DNA from: the human T2T-CHM13v2.0 reference genome, Homo sapiens
Length of the DNA stretch: 64,000 bases
NCBI RefSeq assembly: GCF_009914755.1
Contig: NC_060942.1
Strand: one strand, 5' to 3'
Within the stretch, counting starts at the first letter, position 1, and each line of letters begins with the position of its first letter. The translations under genes and the position numbers were made by a program. The notes below the pieces were generated by a model that was not told the origin of the DNA, did not search any database, and worked only from the letters and a program-made list of their open reading frames with translations. Below are positions 1-13,859 of the stretch, in pieces.

Positions 1-798
1 TATCTGCCAAAATTGTTGTCAACAAAATCAAGATAAAATGTTGAACTGACCTGATTTCCTACAACAAAGAATAAACTATTCAAGGCAACTAGTACCTGTA
101 TCCCCAGTAAGGTCTGAACACAATTCTGCATAAGATGAATACACAGCCCTGGTGACACAGATTTGGGGATGATAATGGTGAGGAAGACTCATGAATTTGC
201 AGTGGAAGGAATTTGAACAGGAAACTGAGTTCCACCTCAGCCTTTAGGGAGGTACAGCTCTATTGGCTATATTGATTGATGAAATTGCTGAGGCTCCCAA
301 GATTAAGAAACTTGCCCAAGGTTCTATAACGTTGATTACCCTCGGAATGCTGTACAACGTGAAAGTTGGTTACAACATAGGATATTATATCCTTTAGGTT
401 ATATTCACTATGAGTAATGGAACTCCTCATCCCACCAATAAACAAAGCAGCTTAAACAAGGTAGGAGTTTACTTTTTATATATGTGCCTGGCTGAAGTCC
501 ATCCCAGTGTGATGTGATACTCCATGGCATTGGGAAGACAGGTTCCTTCCACACTCAAGGTGACATCATTGTCTAACATCTTGCAGGATCTCTGGCTACT
601 ATGGCTACATTCTAATATGTACAAAGGTAGACCCACTGGCAGGAAGAGAAGGGTTAAGCCCTTTGTTTTAAAGATAATTTTTGGAAGTTGCATATACCAC
701 TTCTTATATTCTATGATATTAGCCAGAATTTAGCTTCAGGTGAAACTAGAAATTAGATCCTATTCTAGGTAATCAAGTATATAGCTAAGGATTTAGAA

Positions 799-1027
799 CA
801 GGAATCAGCAAACTTTTATGTATAAAACATCTAGGATAGTAGATATTTTGGGCTTTGCAGGCCATATGGTCTCTGTCGCATGTATTTAAGTATTTGTGCT
901 GTTATAGTTCAAAAGCAGCCATACACAATATGTAAATGAATGAGCATGGCTATGTTCCAGTAAAACTTTATTCAGAAAAACAGGTGGTAGGCTAAATGTA
1001 ACTCAGTGGCCACAATTTGAACTCCTG
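799..1027 (+). mobile_element. MER58A (hAT-Charlie MITE), full length
   Basis: Starts CAGGAATCAGCAAACTTTT. Internal GGCTTTGCAGGCCATATGGTCTCTGTCGCA and AAAGCAGCCATACACAATATGTAAATGAATG; ends ..ACTCCTG. Matches the remembered MER58A consensus. Confidence 0.85.
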
Positions 1028-1289
1028 TTCTGAAAGATAACAGGTATTGGGAGACAGCCAGTGGCCTCTGACACTATGCTATTGCCAAGTGCAGTATGGA
1101 AGCACAATGAAAAATAGCTTTTTGCCAAGTCAATTACTTTCAACTTGAAAACACTCTTCTGGTAGCTGACCTTAGGGTGACTAAAAACTGGGTTTTCCCA
1201 GAACACAGTGGTTCATGTCTGCTTTCCTGGCGTCTGATCCAGTCCTTCTCCACCTCAAAGTGCTCCCAAATTCAGGCATGCTGTTCATA

Positions 1290-1820
1290 GATATTTACCA
1301 ATCAAAAGGAAAGCATAAAAAAATGTTATATAAGCATTCCCATCAGGCTTTATATGTAACAGCTAAAAAACCGACAAAAACCCAAATGTACATAAACAGA
1401 ACAAGGAGTAGACAAAGTATGTTATATCCATTCAGTGGAATATTGCTCAATAATAAAAAGGAGCAAACTATTGATTCATTCAATAACTTGGAAGACTCTC
1501 TCAGAATAATTATGCTGAGTGAAAGCAATAAAACAAAAAGAATACATATTTTGTTATTCCACTTATCTAAAACTCTATAAAGATCAAATAAATTTATAGT
1601 GACAGAAACAGATCAGTGGATGCCTGGGAAGGTTGGGGGCAGAAGAGGCAAGAGTTAAGGATTGCAGAGGGGCATGAGAAAGCTTTTGTAGGTGACATGT
1701 TCACTATCTTGATTGTGTGACAGTTTCATAAGTGTATACCTATATCCAAACTTAGCAAATTGCACACTTTAAATATATGCAGTTTATGTGTTAATTAAAT
1801 TTCAGTAAAGCTGTTAAAAA
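1290..1820 (+). mobile_element. Old L1M (L1ME/L1MD-like) 3' end fragment
   Basis: ATAATTATGCTGAGTGAAAG, ATAGTGACAGAAACAGATCAGTGG and TATCTTGATTGTG motifs, ending AAAGCTGTTAAAAAA. Boundaries approximate. Confidence 0.7.
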
Positions 1821-3052
1821 AGTGTTTCAGTTTGAATCATAACTTCTGTGATTACCCTACCTAGCATATGCCAAAAGAATTTTTGTTGAATTGAAATGCT
1901 GTTTCTTTTTCAGTAGCACCCAAACAAAAGGCATAAAAATAAATGAATAGTGAAAACAGAAAAGGAAAGTAGAAAAAGGAAAATCTCTTTAATACATACA
2001 CTAAAGTTACTAAACACTAAAACTACACCTTTCGGGGCCGCCAAAAATGCTTGTAATAGACAAATCATAGAAGAATTCCTAGGATTTTGTGACTGAAGTG
2101 GCTGCTTCTGCGACCCAATCAACTTCACTTAATTTATGGACTTACAAATGAATGTGACTGACTGCTCACAAGTAAATTATTTTCCTCTAATTGGTCTCTC
2201 TAAGTGATAATATAAACAAATTAGCCATGACAGTGATGAATCCTGTTGGCTGTATCTGCAGAACTAGATGTATAAAGACTTGTATTTTGCTCATATGTGC
2301 TCCAAAACTTTACATTACACTTGATTCATTTCGCTATATGAATAGAATTAGAGTAATTCACCTCTAAAACTTTTTTTGATTCTAGAAGGCTGTGATTCTT
2401 TTATCCAAATCTACTCATACCACCTTTGCTTTTGTAAAACACATTAACCTGCCTGTGCGCCATATGCTAAATGGAGATGAACAGTGCATCTGCATTTAGC
2501 ATATGATTCTTTTCATAGCAACTCCTCAGGATGTTTGGGGCTTGTTCTTAATGTGCCTTAATTCTGATTGATTTTGATGTATTTTTCTTCAAAATCTTTG
2601 CCTAAGTTACCTATTCTTTCTTGATCTGCTGCCTTTTGAAATTTACAGAGTTCAGGTTTTCCAGCGTTATCTCTTGGACCTCATGAAAGTACATACTTCT
2701 GCTGCTGTTTGTGCTCTTGGTCATCTCCGGTACGGAAACTTCACTTTGCTTTGTCTTATTCCTCAAAGTCTCAAGCCCCAGAAGACCAACCATCCCAAGA
2801 CAGAGTTAGGCATAGTCAAATGAAAAAGACCATACCACAGAAAAAATATGAACTTAATATTTTTGTCCTAACTATATTTAGGTTCAATTTTAAAACCACA
2901 ATTTTTGCCAAACCTTCCCCGATTACTTGGCTTTTCTCATAGCTGTATCCCTGTTTGGGCTCATGGCATCCATTAGCTGTTACTTTCATCTCTATTTTCT
3001 TGAATACATTTAAGGTATATTCCCCACATAGATCAGAAACTTCCTAGTATGT

Positions 3053-3130
3053 TTCTAAAACATTTCATGGTCCATAATTTACATTATTCTTCTAAAACAT
3101 TTCATGGTTTATAATTTACATTGTTCTTCT
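3053..3130. repeat. 37-bp tandem duplication (2 copies, 3 mismatches)
   Basis: TTCTAAAACATTTCATGGTCCATAATTTACATTATTC followed directly by TTCTAAAACATTTCATGGTTTATAATTTACATTGTTC. Confidence 0.9.
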
Positions 3131-4269
3131 GAGTCTCTGGAAAGCACAAGCACAAAGAAGTTGTTCAGTAAAATATTTGAGTATTGTTTGATTGCTCCTA
3201 ATTGGTACTACCAATTGTTTCAGTTTTTCAGAGAGTAAATACTTTCTATTTCCTGCATATACATATGAAAGATTTTCTATGCATATATATACATATATAT
3301 AATTTTAATGGTTTTCTATTGTAAGAATATAGTCATAATAATAACCTACCTCCTGAAATTATACCTGGATACAATAAATTATGATAAATGCTATTAAGTC
3401 TTGTGGACCTGACTCATCAAGAGTAAAGGAAGATATGTGTAATATGCTCTTTTGAAAAAAGAGTTGAAGGATGAAATCTATCTTTGAAAGGTTAATGGTC
3501 AATAATTTTTTTAAAAAAGTAACAAAGGGACCAAACTGAAATAATAAGCATTCATTTAAGGGAATGCATTTCCCAGAAGTTCTTCTTTACTGAATATCTC
3601 CTGAAGGTTCATTAAAGAATACAACTCCACTCAGTTAGCTTGTGATCGTTGATAATTTCCATGTCTTCCAGATTTTGCTTTTAAGGTCCATGACCATGAC
3701 ATTCATTCTTTTATCAACAAATGCTTTTGACTTAATACCATATACCACATACTGAAAATAAATTAGATATAAAATGAACTTTATAATTCAATGATATCAT
3801 TTAGAATATCCTCATTTGTCTTCATTTTCATTCTGTAGAAATTTTAAAATATATAAGTTGATTTCTGTACACTAAGCTGAAATTTTTTCAACACAATGAG
3901 TTTTGGAGTTGTTTTTACCACTTTAATTAATGGTGGAATCAGCTAATGTTAAAAACTTCTTAACTTGAAGGGAGGCTTTTATTGATAGGGTGACCTCCTA
4001 GATGCTGATAAAGGGCATATTACACAGTTACACAGTAAGCAGAGTTGTCCTGATTTCCCTGTGTGCTAGAGTACAAAACTGCTGAGGTCAACAGCCCAGC
4101 TGTCTTTGCAGAATAGTTAGTGTGGCCTTCTATAATTGACATCAATGGTCTTTGCAACACAGCACTCCTTCCTTTTCCAATGGGTAGATACATAGACAAG
4201 CATATATATATGTCCTGCAATAGCTGTTAAGAGGAGAAACTTTTTTACAGGAAGTGTTCAATGTTAAAA

Positions 4270-4620
4270 GAGCATGAATCTAATCCTGAATGGCCATGTT
4301 TCCTGCCATGTGAACAGAGACTACAATTAGCATAAAGTCAGGCAGAACTTATGTGGAGAGAGAGAGAAAGAGAGAGAGACGGGGAAAGAAACCCAGGTGA
4401 CATAATTTTATCCCTGAATCCAGGAGCAAATGGACCAAGCAGAAATATTTAGAAGTGGGAGATAAAGAGGCAGAGCTCTTATAATCTCATTTGAACAACT
4501 AGACTCAACTGAACTGAAGCCAATTTCATCCTTGAATTTTTTGGTTGTATCTACTAATATATAAATATATTTTCTTTTTTTTTTTCTTGAGCTGGTTTGA
4601 GTTGATTGTCTTTTCTACTG
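4270..4620 (+). mobile_element. Old MaLR LTR fragment (MLT1J/K-like)
   Basis: GGCCATGTTTCCTGCCATGTG, a GA-rich tract, CTGAAGCCAA, and the MLT1-type end CTTGAGCTGGTTTGAGTTG. Confidence 0.5.
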
Positions 4621-4621
4621 C

Positions 4622-5000
4622 CTTAAAGCCATTTTTTTTCAGGCTACTGCAACAAATTACTTTAGATTAGTTGACTTAAACAACAAACATTTACTTTTCA
4701 TAATTCTAGGGGCTGGAAAGTAGAAGATTAAGGTGCTGGCAGGTCCACTGTCTGGTGAAGACCTTTTTTCTGGTTGAAAGGTTACTTAATGTTTTCTTGT
4801 ATCCTCACATGGTGAAGAGGAAAGAGAGGGAGAGCAAGCTCTCTTGTCTCTTGTAAGGAGGGCACTAATCTCATCATGAAGACTTCACCCTCATGACCTA
4901 ATTGTCTCTCAAAGGCCCAACCTCCTAATATCATCCTATTGGGGATTAGGATTTCAACATATTAAACTTCTGGGGGATATAAGCATGTAATGCATAACAA
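4622..5000 (-). mobile_element. MLT1A/MLT1A0 solo LTR (ERVL-MaLR)
   Basis: GGCACTAATCTCATCATGAAGACTTCACCCTCATGACCTAATT..AAAGGCCCAACCTCCTAATATCATC..TTAGGATTTCAACAT is the reverse complement of the MLT1A 5' half. Confidence 0.8.
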
Positions 5001-5530
5001 CCTCCAGTCAAAATTTTTCTACTTATTTGACTTTGCTTTATTCTAAAAATCTATTTTAACTTCGAGTTCAGGTTTCACACTAATGGATCATTCTATTGTT
5101 ACTGACCAATCCTTTTAACAAATTCCACTAGAGTCCAAGATGCGCCCATTTCTACTGAATTTCATGACATAGAACTATGCTCTTCTGATTTAGAGATTAT
5201 ATCTGATTCTAGCTTTATTACTCATGGCTATAGAGAGAAATTAGCTGGAGAGCTATTTGAAGTCATTCTTCTAACCAAAGCTCTGATTTTTCAATTTCTG
5301 ACCAAACTTGTATGAATCAGGGAGCTCCATCACCACTTTGATTTCTTATAAAGTGTTACATTTGACTGAGTCATGGAGATGTCAATGTCAGACCTGGAGG
5401 TTGGTTAGTGGTGGGAGGCCATATTCTTTTTGCCTAACAATGTTTTAGAGGCATGGTGTGAAAATGTTTATATCATTTAAAGTCATTTTTTCTAAAGAGG
5501 CCATTTGAGCCTCAATACAAGAAGCCTCTG

Positions 5531-5827
<297 letters not shown>

Positions 5828-6039
5828 AAGAAGCCTCTGAATGTATCCTTCTTTCTTGCCTCAACTTGGGCTATAAATAAGTCAAGTGATCCATCTACTC
5901 ATTTGATGGAGCTAATATTTTGCCAGTTTAAGTATGTACCTAATTATATGCAAAACTTTTAAAGATTTGTAAAACAAAAGAAATACTGTGATAGCAAGAA
6001 TAAGATTAATTAATCTCTATAAGTCACCCCAAAACTTAC

Positions 6040-6335
6040 TGAGTCTCTCTCCCTTTCTTTTTCTCTGGAAGATTATTATCTCTTTAGTCTTCTTCTGTGG
6101 AATTCTCAATGCTGTTGTTTTTTTCTTTCCCCCATTTCCCTTTCTCATTATTTCTCTTTGCTTACATTTATTTCTCTTTGCTTACATTTCTCCATTCTTT
6201 CTTCAACTTCCTTTTTTCTATATTCCTTTTCTCTTTTTCTGTTTGTGTCATCTTCCTTCTGTCTCTCTTCCACTAACATTTTATTTTTATATTTCTTTTT
6301 TATTCTCTATGCTCTAATGTCTTTTCTGCTCTTGC
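6040..6335. repeat. Pyrimidine-rich low-complexity tract containing a 20-bp tandem duplication (6150-6189)
   Basis: T/C-rich; ATTTCTCTTTGCTTACATTT occurs twice in tandem. Confidence 0.8.
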
Positions 6336-7598
6336 ATATTAATGACTCATATTTGACAGGTTTTTATATATAAATATATCACAGAGATTAGCCCATTTTC
6401 TCTGATAGTTGAGCTAGTAGAATTGTCTATGTAATTCTTAAAATAAGGCTTTATTGTTTGAGTGAACCTGGAAAAGCTCTGCTACAGCATGTTTTTTCCA
6501 AGATGTAGGCCTGTCTACATTTCAGGAAATCAAATCCGTATGCCACCTGGTGGCTATCAAGAAAAGTACAGCCAGAAACAAAACTACCTTCAACAAAATC
6601 AGTGGCATATCCCAATACACTGAGGTAATGCATGGTTTATTCTATTCATACAGTGCATGTGATGACATGATGTCATTCATCTGAACCTCACCACTGAGCA
6701 GTACTACCATCAGCTAGACAGGGATTTGTTATACCTTTCATACTTCCTAATTCCCCATTTCTTAGGGGAAAAAATCACTTTCCTCATTTCCTGTCTTCTC
6801 TAGTCATTCATATAAAATCAGAAAATTCCAGAACTGTTAAGGGAAATGAAAAGTATCTAATGCAAACTTATGATATCCAGCCAAGAAGTTAGTGGTGGAT
6901 CTATGAGTAGAACACAGGCTTCTTTCTTCCCTGTAAAATGCTTTCTGACATTATTTTCACCTTCCTCTCAGGGAGCTTAGTTAAATTAAGACAAGATGTA
7001 GTTAGGAGAAATAATTAAGAAGCATAAACAAAGGAAAGGGAATACCATGAAATCTATGAATAAATTTGGGTTACTTCTTATGGTTTTTGTTATTTGAAAT
7101 GAAGATTTTATTTATATAGTTGATCAAAACAAAGTAGTGTAGAGGTTGTTTGCCGTACTCTAGTGGAAATTTTCTAAGAGGAATGGCATCAACTGAGAAG
7201 GAACAAGGCAGAGGAAAACCTGGGGCTGAAGAAAGAGACTGGATTGTGGGGAGTGGTAGGGGTTCATTAGCCAGGATCCAAGTATGTCAAAAATTGGTAT
7301 ATTACCAAATATCCAGAGAGTTGCGATTTTCTGGGAAAAGTAGTTCATCAGAAGTAGAGATGGTGAGCAGTATTCATAATCAGGTGAGGCAGCTACATCA
7401 GGCTTCTAGTTGGGTCTTAAATGGCAGAGTTGCATTTATTTCTAGGTAGAGGAATTACTGGAAAGAATTAGAATAGCTCTGTGTAAGGGTCTTAATTTTA
7501 CTGATGCCATAGGAGACCTGCATTCTTGAATTTAATTGTGCTATGGGTGAAAAATTCAGGGCAACGGTTTACCGTTTCAGTGTGGGACAACACAGAAG

Positions 7599-9589
7599 TG
7601 TTATGGAATACTTGGTGTGTCGCTTCACCAGCTGGAAACCTCTGTGACCAGTGGCAGCTTTGCCTGAATTTTACTCTGACCTTCTGGGCTCCTTCTGCCC
7701 ACTCAGCCTGGCAGGCTGCATTTGGCTCATGCTATTGGCCTGGATCCTATGCCTGCCAAGGAAAAGCCAGGCACAGAGTGACCAGGGGAATGTGAGCAAG
7801 CATGGGGTCTAGCCACTGCGCACAGCCAGGCACGCCAGTGCTGACAGGGTGGGCAGCACCAGCTGCTGGAACAGGACCCAGCTCCCTATGAGGCTGTGGC
7901 TGGACCAGGCTCACCGAGAGCAGCTTCCATGGCTGGCACCAGGGAACACAGGGGTGCCTGGAAGCTTGGAGGCTCCAGGAACTGCAGGGCTCCAAAAAGG
8001 GAGTCACAGCCCTGGCTTAGGGAGTTAAAGGGCTGTAGTGCTTCTCTCCTTAGCCTGTAACGTGGTGAGCAAGGGGCGTGTGTCAGCCCTATTGGTGTTA
8101 CTGCTCTTTTAGCCCCGCCATTTGGCTGGTCCCAAGTCTTGTCTTGCATCCAGGAAGAACGATGTAGGCAGACAAGTGGAGGATGAGCAAAACAAAGAGG
8201 AACTTTATTGAGGGATAGAACAGCTCAGAGGAGAGCCACAGTGGGTAGCTCCTCTTTGTAATCAGGGTGTCCTGATGAGTGTCCAGCTCTTAGCAGAGAG
8301 GGTAGCTCCTCTCTGCAGGCGGGTCTTCACATCATCTCTTCTGGTCTGGCTGAGTCCAGGGCTTTTCATGGGTCTAGAGGAGAGGAAGTGCATGCTGATT
8401 GGTCCATGGGCGGCCACGGCGGGCCCAGAGAAAGCACCACAAGTTCCCACTCCGGTATGTGGGACCAGCAGCCCAGCCCCCAGGCTTCAGGCCCTCCCCG
8501 GCTTGAAGGTGGAGCTTCACCTGGGACCTGCCCTCTTTCACCCAGGAGCCTGTCTGCTTCCTGCCTCCATTCGTGGCACCCAGGCTGTTCACGACAAGGG
8601 GCACCTGCAGGCCAGCACTGAGCTGCCCTCAGCTCCCCCATCAGCTTCCCTCCCATGCTCATCTGTGCCCAAAGCCTGGAGGGGGCCGAAGCAGCAGGAG
8701 GCTGGCATGTTAGCTCTGCCCGAGCATGTGCACACCTGGCCTGGCTGCCACAGCTTCTGGCCTTGGCCCCAGATTTGCTCCAAGATCAGAGTGGGTGCCA
8801 GGAATGGGGAGAGGCCAGGCAGCGGAAGCAGACACCTCCAGGCCTGCAGGGGAATGGGGGTCCCTTCTGGCCCCAAGAGTGCAAAGATGCCTGGGTCTAC
8901 AGCCAGGACGCAGGTCTCATGCCTGCTCCAGGCCCTCAAGAGCACAGGGAGGCCCGGGTCCACAGCCATGACTTGGGTAGCTGTAGTTGCACCTGGGAAT
9001 GCAGGGCTCCTGCCTGCTCCCTGCTCCTGCCTGCTCTGTGGAGCGTGGCACTGCCCCTGGCCCAGCTCCTCCTTGGGGCCCCTCTTTGCCCGCCCCCTCC
9101 GTGCCGGACCACGCTGCTCCCCTGCCGGTGGGACATGTGGCTCGGCCCCACTGCAGTGGCTCCCAGGGCAGTGGGTTCGGGGGGTCTCCCAGGGGCAGGC
9201 TCTGAGGACTGTCGCCTCCTCTCCGCGTTTTCCCTGCAGCGGCAGTGGGTGAGGTGCAGGTGGCATAGGGCCCTAGCCAACCTTGCACAAATGAACCTGA
9301 TGCTCTTGGGGCCAGTCCTGGCTGCACCTTCCACTGGGTGCTCGTGGGCTCCCAGGATGCACAGGGAGCGAGGTTGAAGCTCCAGTGGAGGCTCCAGGCC
9401 TGGGAGTTGGTCCTGCCCTGCCATGAGAGGTTGGGGGTGGTGCAGTTGGCTGCCTTGGAAATGCAGGGCACAGGATCCCATTGCCGCCACTGTTGCTCCC
9501 TCAGCGGCTCCTGCCACCACCGCAGGTGCCTTCCTGCTGCAGCCAGCCCGATGGCAGCAGCTACTCCAAGTGCCCCGCCCTTGCCATCA
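7599..9589 (-). mobile_element. MER52-family solo LTR (ERV1; MER52A/D-like), ~1.99 kb
   Basis: TG..CA termini (TGTTATGG.. / ..GCCATCA) with 4-bp TSD GAAG at 7595-7598 and 9590-9593. GC-rich. MER52-type motifs GGAAACCTCTGTG and GTGCATGCTGATTGGTCCATGGGCGGCC. Minus-strand AATAAA at 8204-8209 and CCAAT at 8398-8402. Confidence 0.88.
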
Positions 9590-10055
9590 GAAGGGTGTGT
9601 AGAACCAGGCTGAGTCACTCTGAGCTCGCAGAATCTAGGGAAGTTGCTCTATCATTCCAAATACTAGGCCTATTTGTGCCAGAAATATTGTCTCTAGTTA
9701 TCTTATCATTAAAACGAAGCTTCCTATAGCGCACCCTAATCTGGCTAAGATTCCTTTATTTAATACTGTTACCAAAGGTACTCTGTGTTGAGCAGAGTGA
9801 CTGTTTCTAACACAGTACTAAAAAATCAGATGCATTTTCTGCCAAGATGGATCTGGAATTTATTTCCTTGGGAATTTCCATGCAGTCTAGTTACTGCTAA
9901 AACTACAGGTTAATATCTTGTTTTTCCATTAGTAGGTGTAGCTGGAAAGTCATACATTAACTTAATGTCAGCTTAAACTATTTTTAAATGGACATTTCAT
10001 AGACATAGATTCAAATGATATCTCCTAATCTAATACATTTGCCATAATCTTTTAA

Positions 10056-10573
10056 CCTTTTTCCCGTTTGCCCCAAGATTATTTGCTAGTGGCGCTTGCA
10101 GCTGCAGCGTTTACCCTGAGATAACTTTGCTACCAAATATCATTTATTATTATTTTTATTATTATTTTTTGCATCACTTTAGTATATAGACTTTAAAAAC
10201 AAAAGACAGCATTCTAATTATAGCATTCTGTTTTCAGTAGTGGTATTTCCATTTACAAAATGTAGTAATTCTCAATCACTGAAAATGTCAAATCCTAGAA
10301 AACATAGTATTCCTACGTGTCATGTTAACATCGTTCTCAAATAGTTAGCCAAATAGTCCTTTGATGAATCTGTTTTTTCCGAAATAGACAATCCTGATGA
10401 TTCAGATGATTCTGATGTTAGTTCTGTTTAGAACAACTCCAAGAACAGTTTTTATATTTTATTTTCATATTGAAAATCAGTCAGATTTGCTTCAGCCTCA
10501 AAAAGCCTTTTTATATAAAATTAAATGAGCACTGGCAGCGAGATGCACTTTCTTTTCCTAAACAGGAAAAGAG
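10056..10573 (+). mobile_element. MER75 (non-autonomous piggyBac), full length
   Basis: TTAA TSDs at 10052-10055 and 10574-10577. TIRs CCTTTTTCCCGTTT / AAACAGGAAAAGAG. Internal GCTGCAGCGTTTACCCTGAGATAACTTTG and GATGATTCAGATGATTCTGATGTTAGTTC. Confidence 0.93.
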
Positions 10574-12859
10574 TTAAAACTAAAGCAGCTTTGGCCAGGT
10601 GAAGCCAGTAAGTTAAGAATTAAGAGGGAAGCATCACCTGTAGCCACATAGCAGGTAAAAGGAAACATGATTTCATCATATAAGTGAAACTGTGTCAAGA
10701 ATGATAGAGGAAGAGGCAAAATTGGGGCACTGCAGGATAGAGCATTTTACTCAGAGCCTGTTGAAAAATGTTAGCTCCTGAAGTCTTAATTTGCTCTGAA
10801 CTCACTAATGTCTTATTTCAAATAAATATCAACTGGTTCCCAATAAATATGTCATTGAGGTTTATGTAGTTAATACTTGAATAAATTAATATCCATAATG
10901 CTTATCATACACTATATATACTCCATTCTTTTTGGCCTTTAATGATGACAAGTTGAGTGAGCAGCCAACCTCGTTCCTTGTCCATTTTTATTAGCAATTT
11001 GTAGCCTAGATATTTGCTTTTCACTATAACCTTCTGTTTTAGTTGTTGATTATCATCAGCTTTTGGAAAATAAAACGTATCTTTCCATTGAAAAGAAAAA
11101 GAGGTTGGGAAACTGCAGACTAGGGAGTTAATGAAGACTTTTTGAATCTGATGAAGCAGCTATCAGTACATACCAGACAATCTTATTGACAATTCAACAG
11201 ACTAAACTGTTCAAGATGACTGACAGCTCCATTTGCCAGGCAGCAATGTTGAATGACAGTTTCACTTGCACAGTGTCCATTTTGAGTGGCATCTCAACAC
11301 CAAAAACACCTAGTTTGATTGACAACCTCACATACGAAGAAGTGAAGCTAGGATATCTCTGAGAAGCTGAGGAAAGGGTGGGAAAAGGTGGGAAAGATGT
11401 GTTCCTTGGGCTTTGGGTCTGCCCTCATTCTTTTTCATCCACACTGTGAACATCTCATCATCTCATCATTTTACTTTTTATACTATTAAAAATGTATTAA
11501 ATACTCACATGTAATGTAGATTAGCACTTGATTTCTCACAGCTGTGCTGCAAGTCACATAGTGTCATGGCCTGTCACATGAAAATATTTGCATTCCTCTA
11601 AGTGACTTAATATATAATAATATGTTATTATTGAAATTTTAGTCATGCCTATCAAGTGGCTTTATTTTTATATTAACCACCAAAAGGTGACTGATAAGAC
11701 CCAACATTATCTATAGCTTATACATGGGGCATAATCTCTGTATGATTTTAGCAAACATCTTTGACTTTAGATTGAATTCACTGGAATATACAAGGGTAGT
11801 GGGCAACAGAAAATAGCTACTTAAAATGTTAATTTAAGCCTAAAATGTCAATTTAAGCCATACTAAAACCTAAAACTATTGAGCTCCTACTATTGTAAAT
11901 GACACAGTACAAGGAATGCTAATTAGAAGATCTAGTGACTGGAAGATTTCTCAGAAGTGTTCAGCAGTAGTCCATCCACAGCTGAATTTTAATGCTAAGT
12001 TCCAGATACTACTTATTAAAGAAACTGTGGAGTTACAGTATATTCACAACACTGCAACTAGTGCAGGGAAGAGATAGCCATTCATTTTATGTGTGGTTTG
12101 ATACAATGAACTTGATACCCTTTACCTGAAGATTATAGGATTAAAAGGAACATGAGGGTTGATGTCAAACAACTAAAGAACTATTATTTGCAAAAGAACA
12201 GATACTTATTTTTTGAAAAATAAAATGAAAATGACAAGAAGAAAACAAGGGCCTCTGGTTAGAAATCAGGGAATGCAAAATTCAACTGAATATAAAAAAG
12301 GTTTTCTAACAATTAGAGCAAGTAAAAATGTAACAGTTTAGCTCTTAAACACCACTAGGATTTAACCTGACAAGAATGTTGACACTATTACTACAATTTG
12401 TAATAATACCAATAATTGTCACCTATCTAATAATCTTTTGGGCTCTTTAAAAATAGATTCTCTAATATTTTCTAACAATATATAATATAGATTCATACCC
12501 CCCCAAACACACACATACACAAATGCAATTACTTGCCTAAGAACATATAGCTAAATTTTGATTTAAAGAATTTCCAGGTCTTATTCGGTGCTTGAATTAA
12601 ATGTCTTCCTCTTACTTTTCTCCCAAGTGTATGCCAATTCAATTCTGTCAAGTTGTTCGGATATATAAGCGGAACAATTTTTTTAAAAACCTATTAATGT
12701 TGGAGATCATGGGAGAGGGGTCATTTTTTATCTGCCTTCAATACAAATAATGCCATACCTTTGTCTAACAACTTTTAAGTAAGGAGATTAGACTCTTTGG
12801 CCTTATGGTCTCTTCTAACATTAAGAAAATGTAGAATATCTGTCTAACATTCTGTAATT

Positions 12860-13080
12860 TTTAAAGTACTTTCTCAATAGTTTCATATTTAACCAGCAAG
12901 CATCCTGTAGAAGGAGGATGACCACTATTAACATTTCTGTGCTACCAACAAAGAAACAGCAGCCCCCTAATGTCAAGGACCTTTTTAAAAGTCACTGAGG
13001 ACCTGACCGGAGAGCTTACATAAGAACATGACCTCCTGGCTGCTGCTCTAGAAAGAACTATTCTACTGTGCTATGCCACT
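12860..13080 (-). mobile_element. MIR fragment (degraded)
   Basis: Weak resemblance to the reverse MIR core and its 5' end (..TTCTACTGTGCTATGCCAC). Confidence 0.35.
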
Positions 13081-13338
13081 TTACTTCCATTTTCCTTCCT
13101 CTTTTTCTAAATGATTTTCAAAAAGTCTTTTCAACATTACTTGCTTTTTCCATCCTATCTTTACTCTCAAGACAGCAGCTGATGGTTGAGTTCTGGAAAG
13201 AGTGTCCATTTCCAGTGCTCATAACTTGTGATAGTTTCTTACTTAGTACCAGATCAAATATGTAATTTCTATCTCAGCTTTAAGGAGTTCTATAGAATAG
13301 TCCAGATTATCTTTCCAAGTATATTTTATAATATCTTC

Positions 13339-13765
13339 TATATTAGTTCACAGGGCTGCCACAACAAAATGCCACAGAATGGGTGGCTTAAGTAACATAA
13401 GTTGATTTTCTCACAGTTCTGGAGTTTGAGGGTTCAAGATGAAGGTGTCAGCAGGTTAGATTTGTCGTGAGGCCTTTTTTCTTGGCTTGCAGATAGGTGC
13501 CTCCTTACTCTGTCCTCACGGGGTCTCCTTTCTGTGCACATGCATAGCGGATGTCTCTTTGTGTGTTCAAATTTCGTCCTTATAAGGACATCAGTCAGAT
13601 TGGATTAGAGCCCAACCTATGGACCTCATTTTAGCTTAATCACGGCTTTAAAGGCCCTGTCTTTAAATACAGTCACAAGCTGTGCTGGGGTACTGGAGAT
13701 TAGGAATTCTACATGAATTTGCTAAGGTTGAGGGTGGCAAGAAACACAAAATTTAGCCCATAACT
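13339..13765 (-). mobile_element. MLT1B solo LTR
   Basis: TATTAGTT..GGGCTGCCACAACAAAATGCCACAG, CTTATAAGGACATCAGTCAGATTGGATTAGAGCCC, ending TTTAGCCCATAAC. Confidence 0.85.
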
Positions 13766-13859
13766 GCCTCTGATCATACCTTACATTTTAGCTAGAAATG
13801 CAGAATTCCCATTCTGTAAATAAAACCTACATTTTTCCACCACCTTATCGTTGAACTGA

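Noticed and set aside
2611-2793. 60-aa minus-strand ORF ending at an AG|GTAACT donor-like site
   Set aside because: No convincing acceptor and no similarity to a protein I know.
5988-6373. Hydrophobic membrane-protein-like ORFs
   Set aside because: They result from a T/C-rich low-complexity tract.
8262-9729. Many overlapping long ORFs (up to 325 aa) on both strands
   Set aside because: They lie essentially within the GC-rich MER52 LTR, where stop codons are scarce. They are Pro/Gly/Ala-rich with no recognisable domain.
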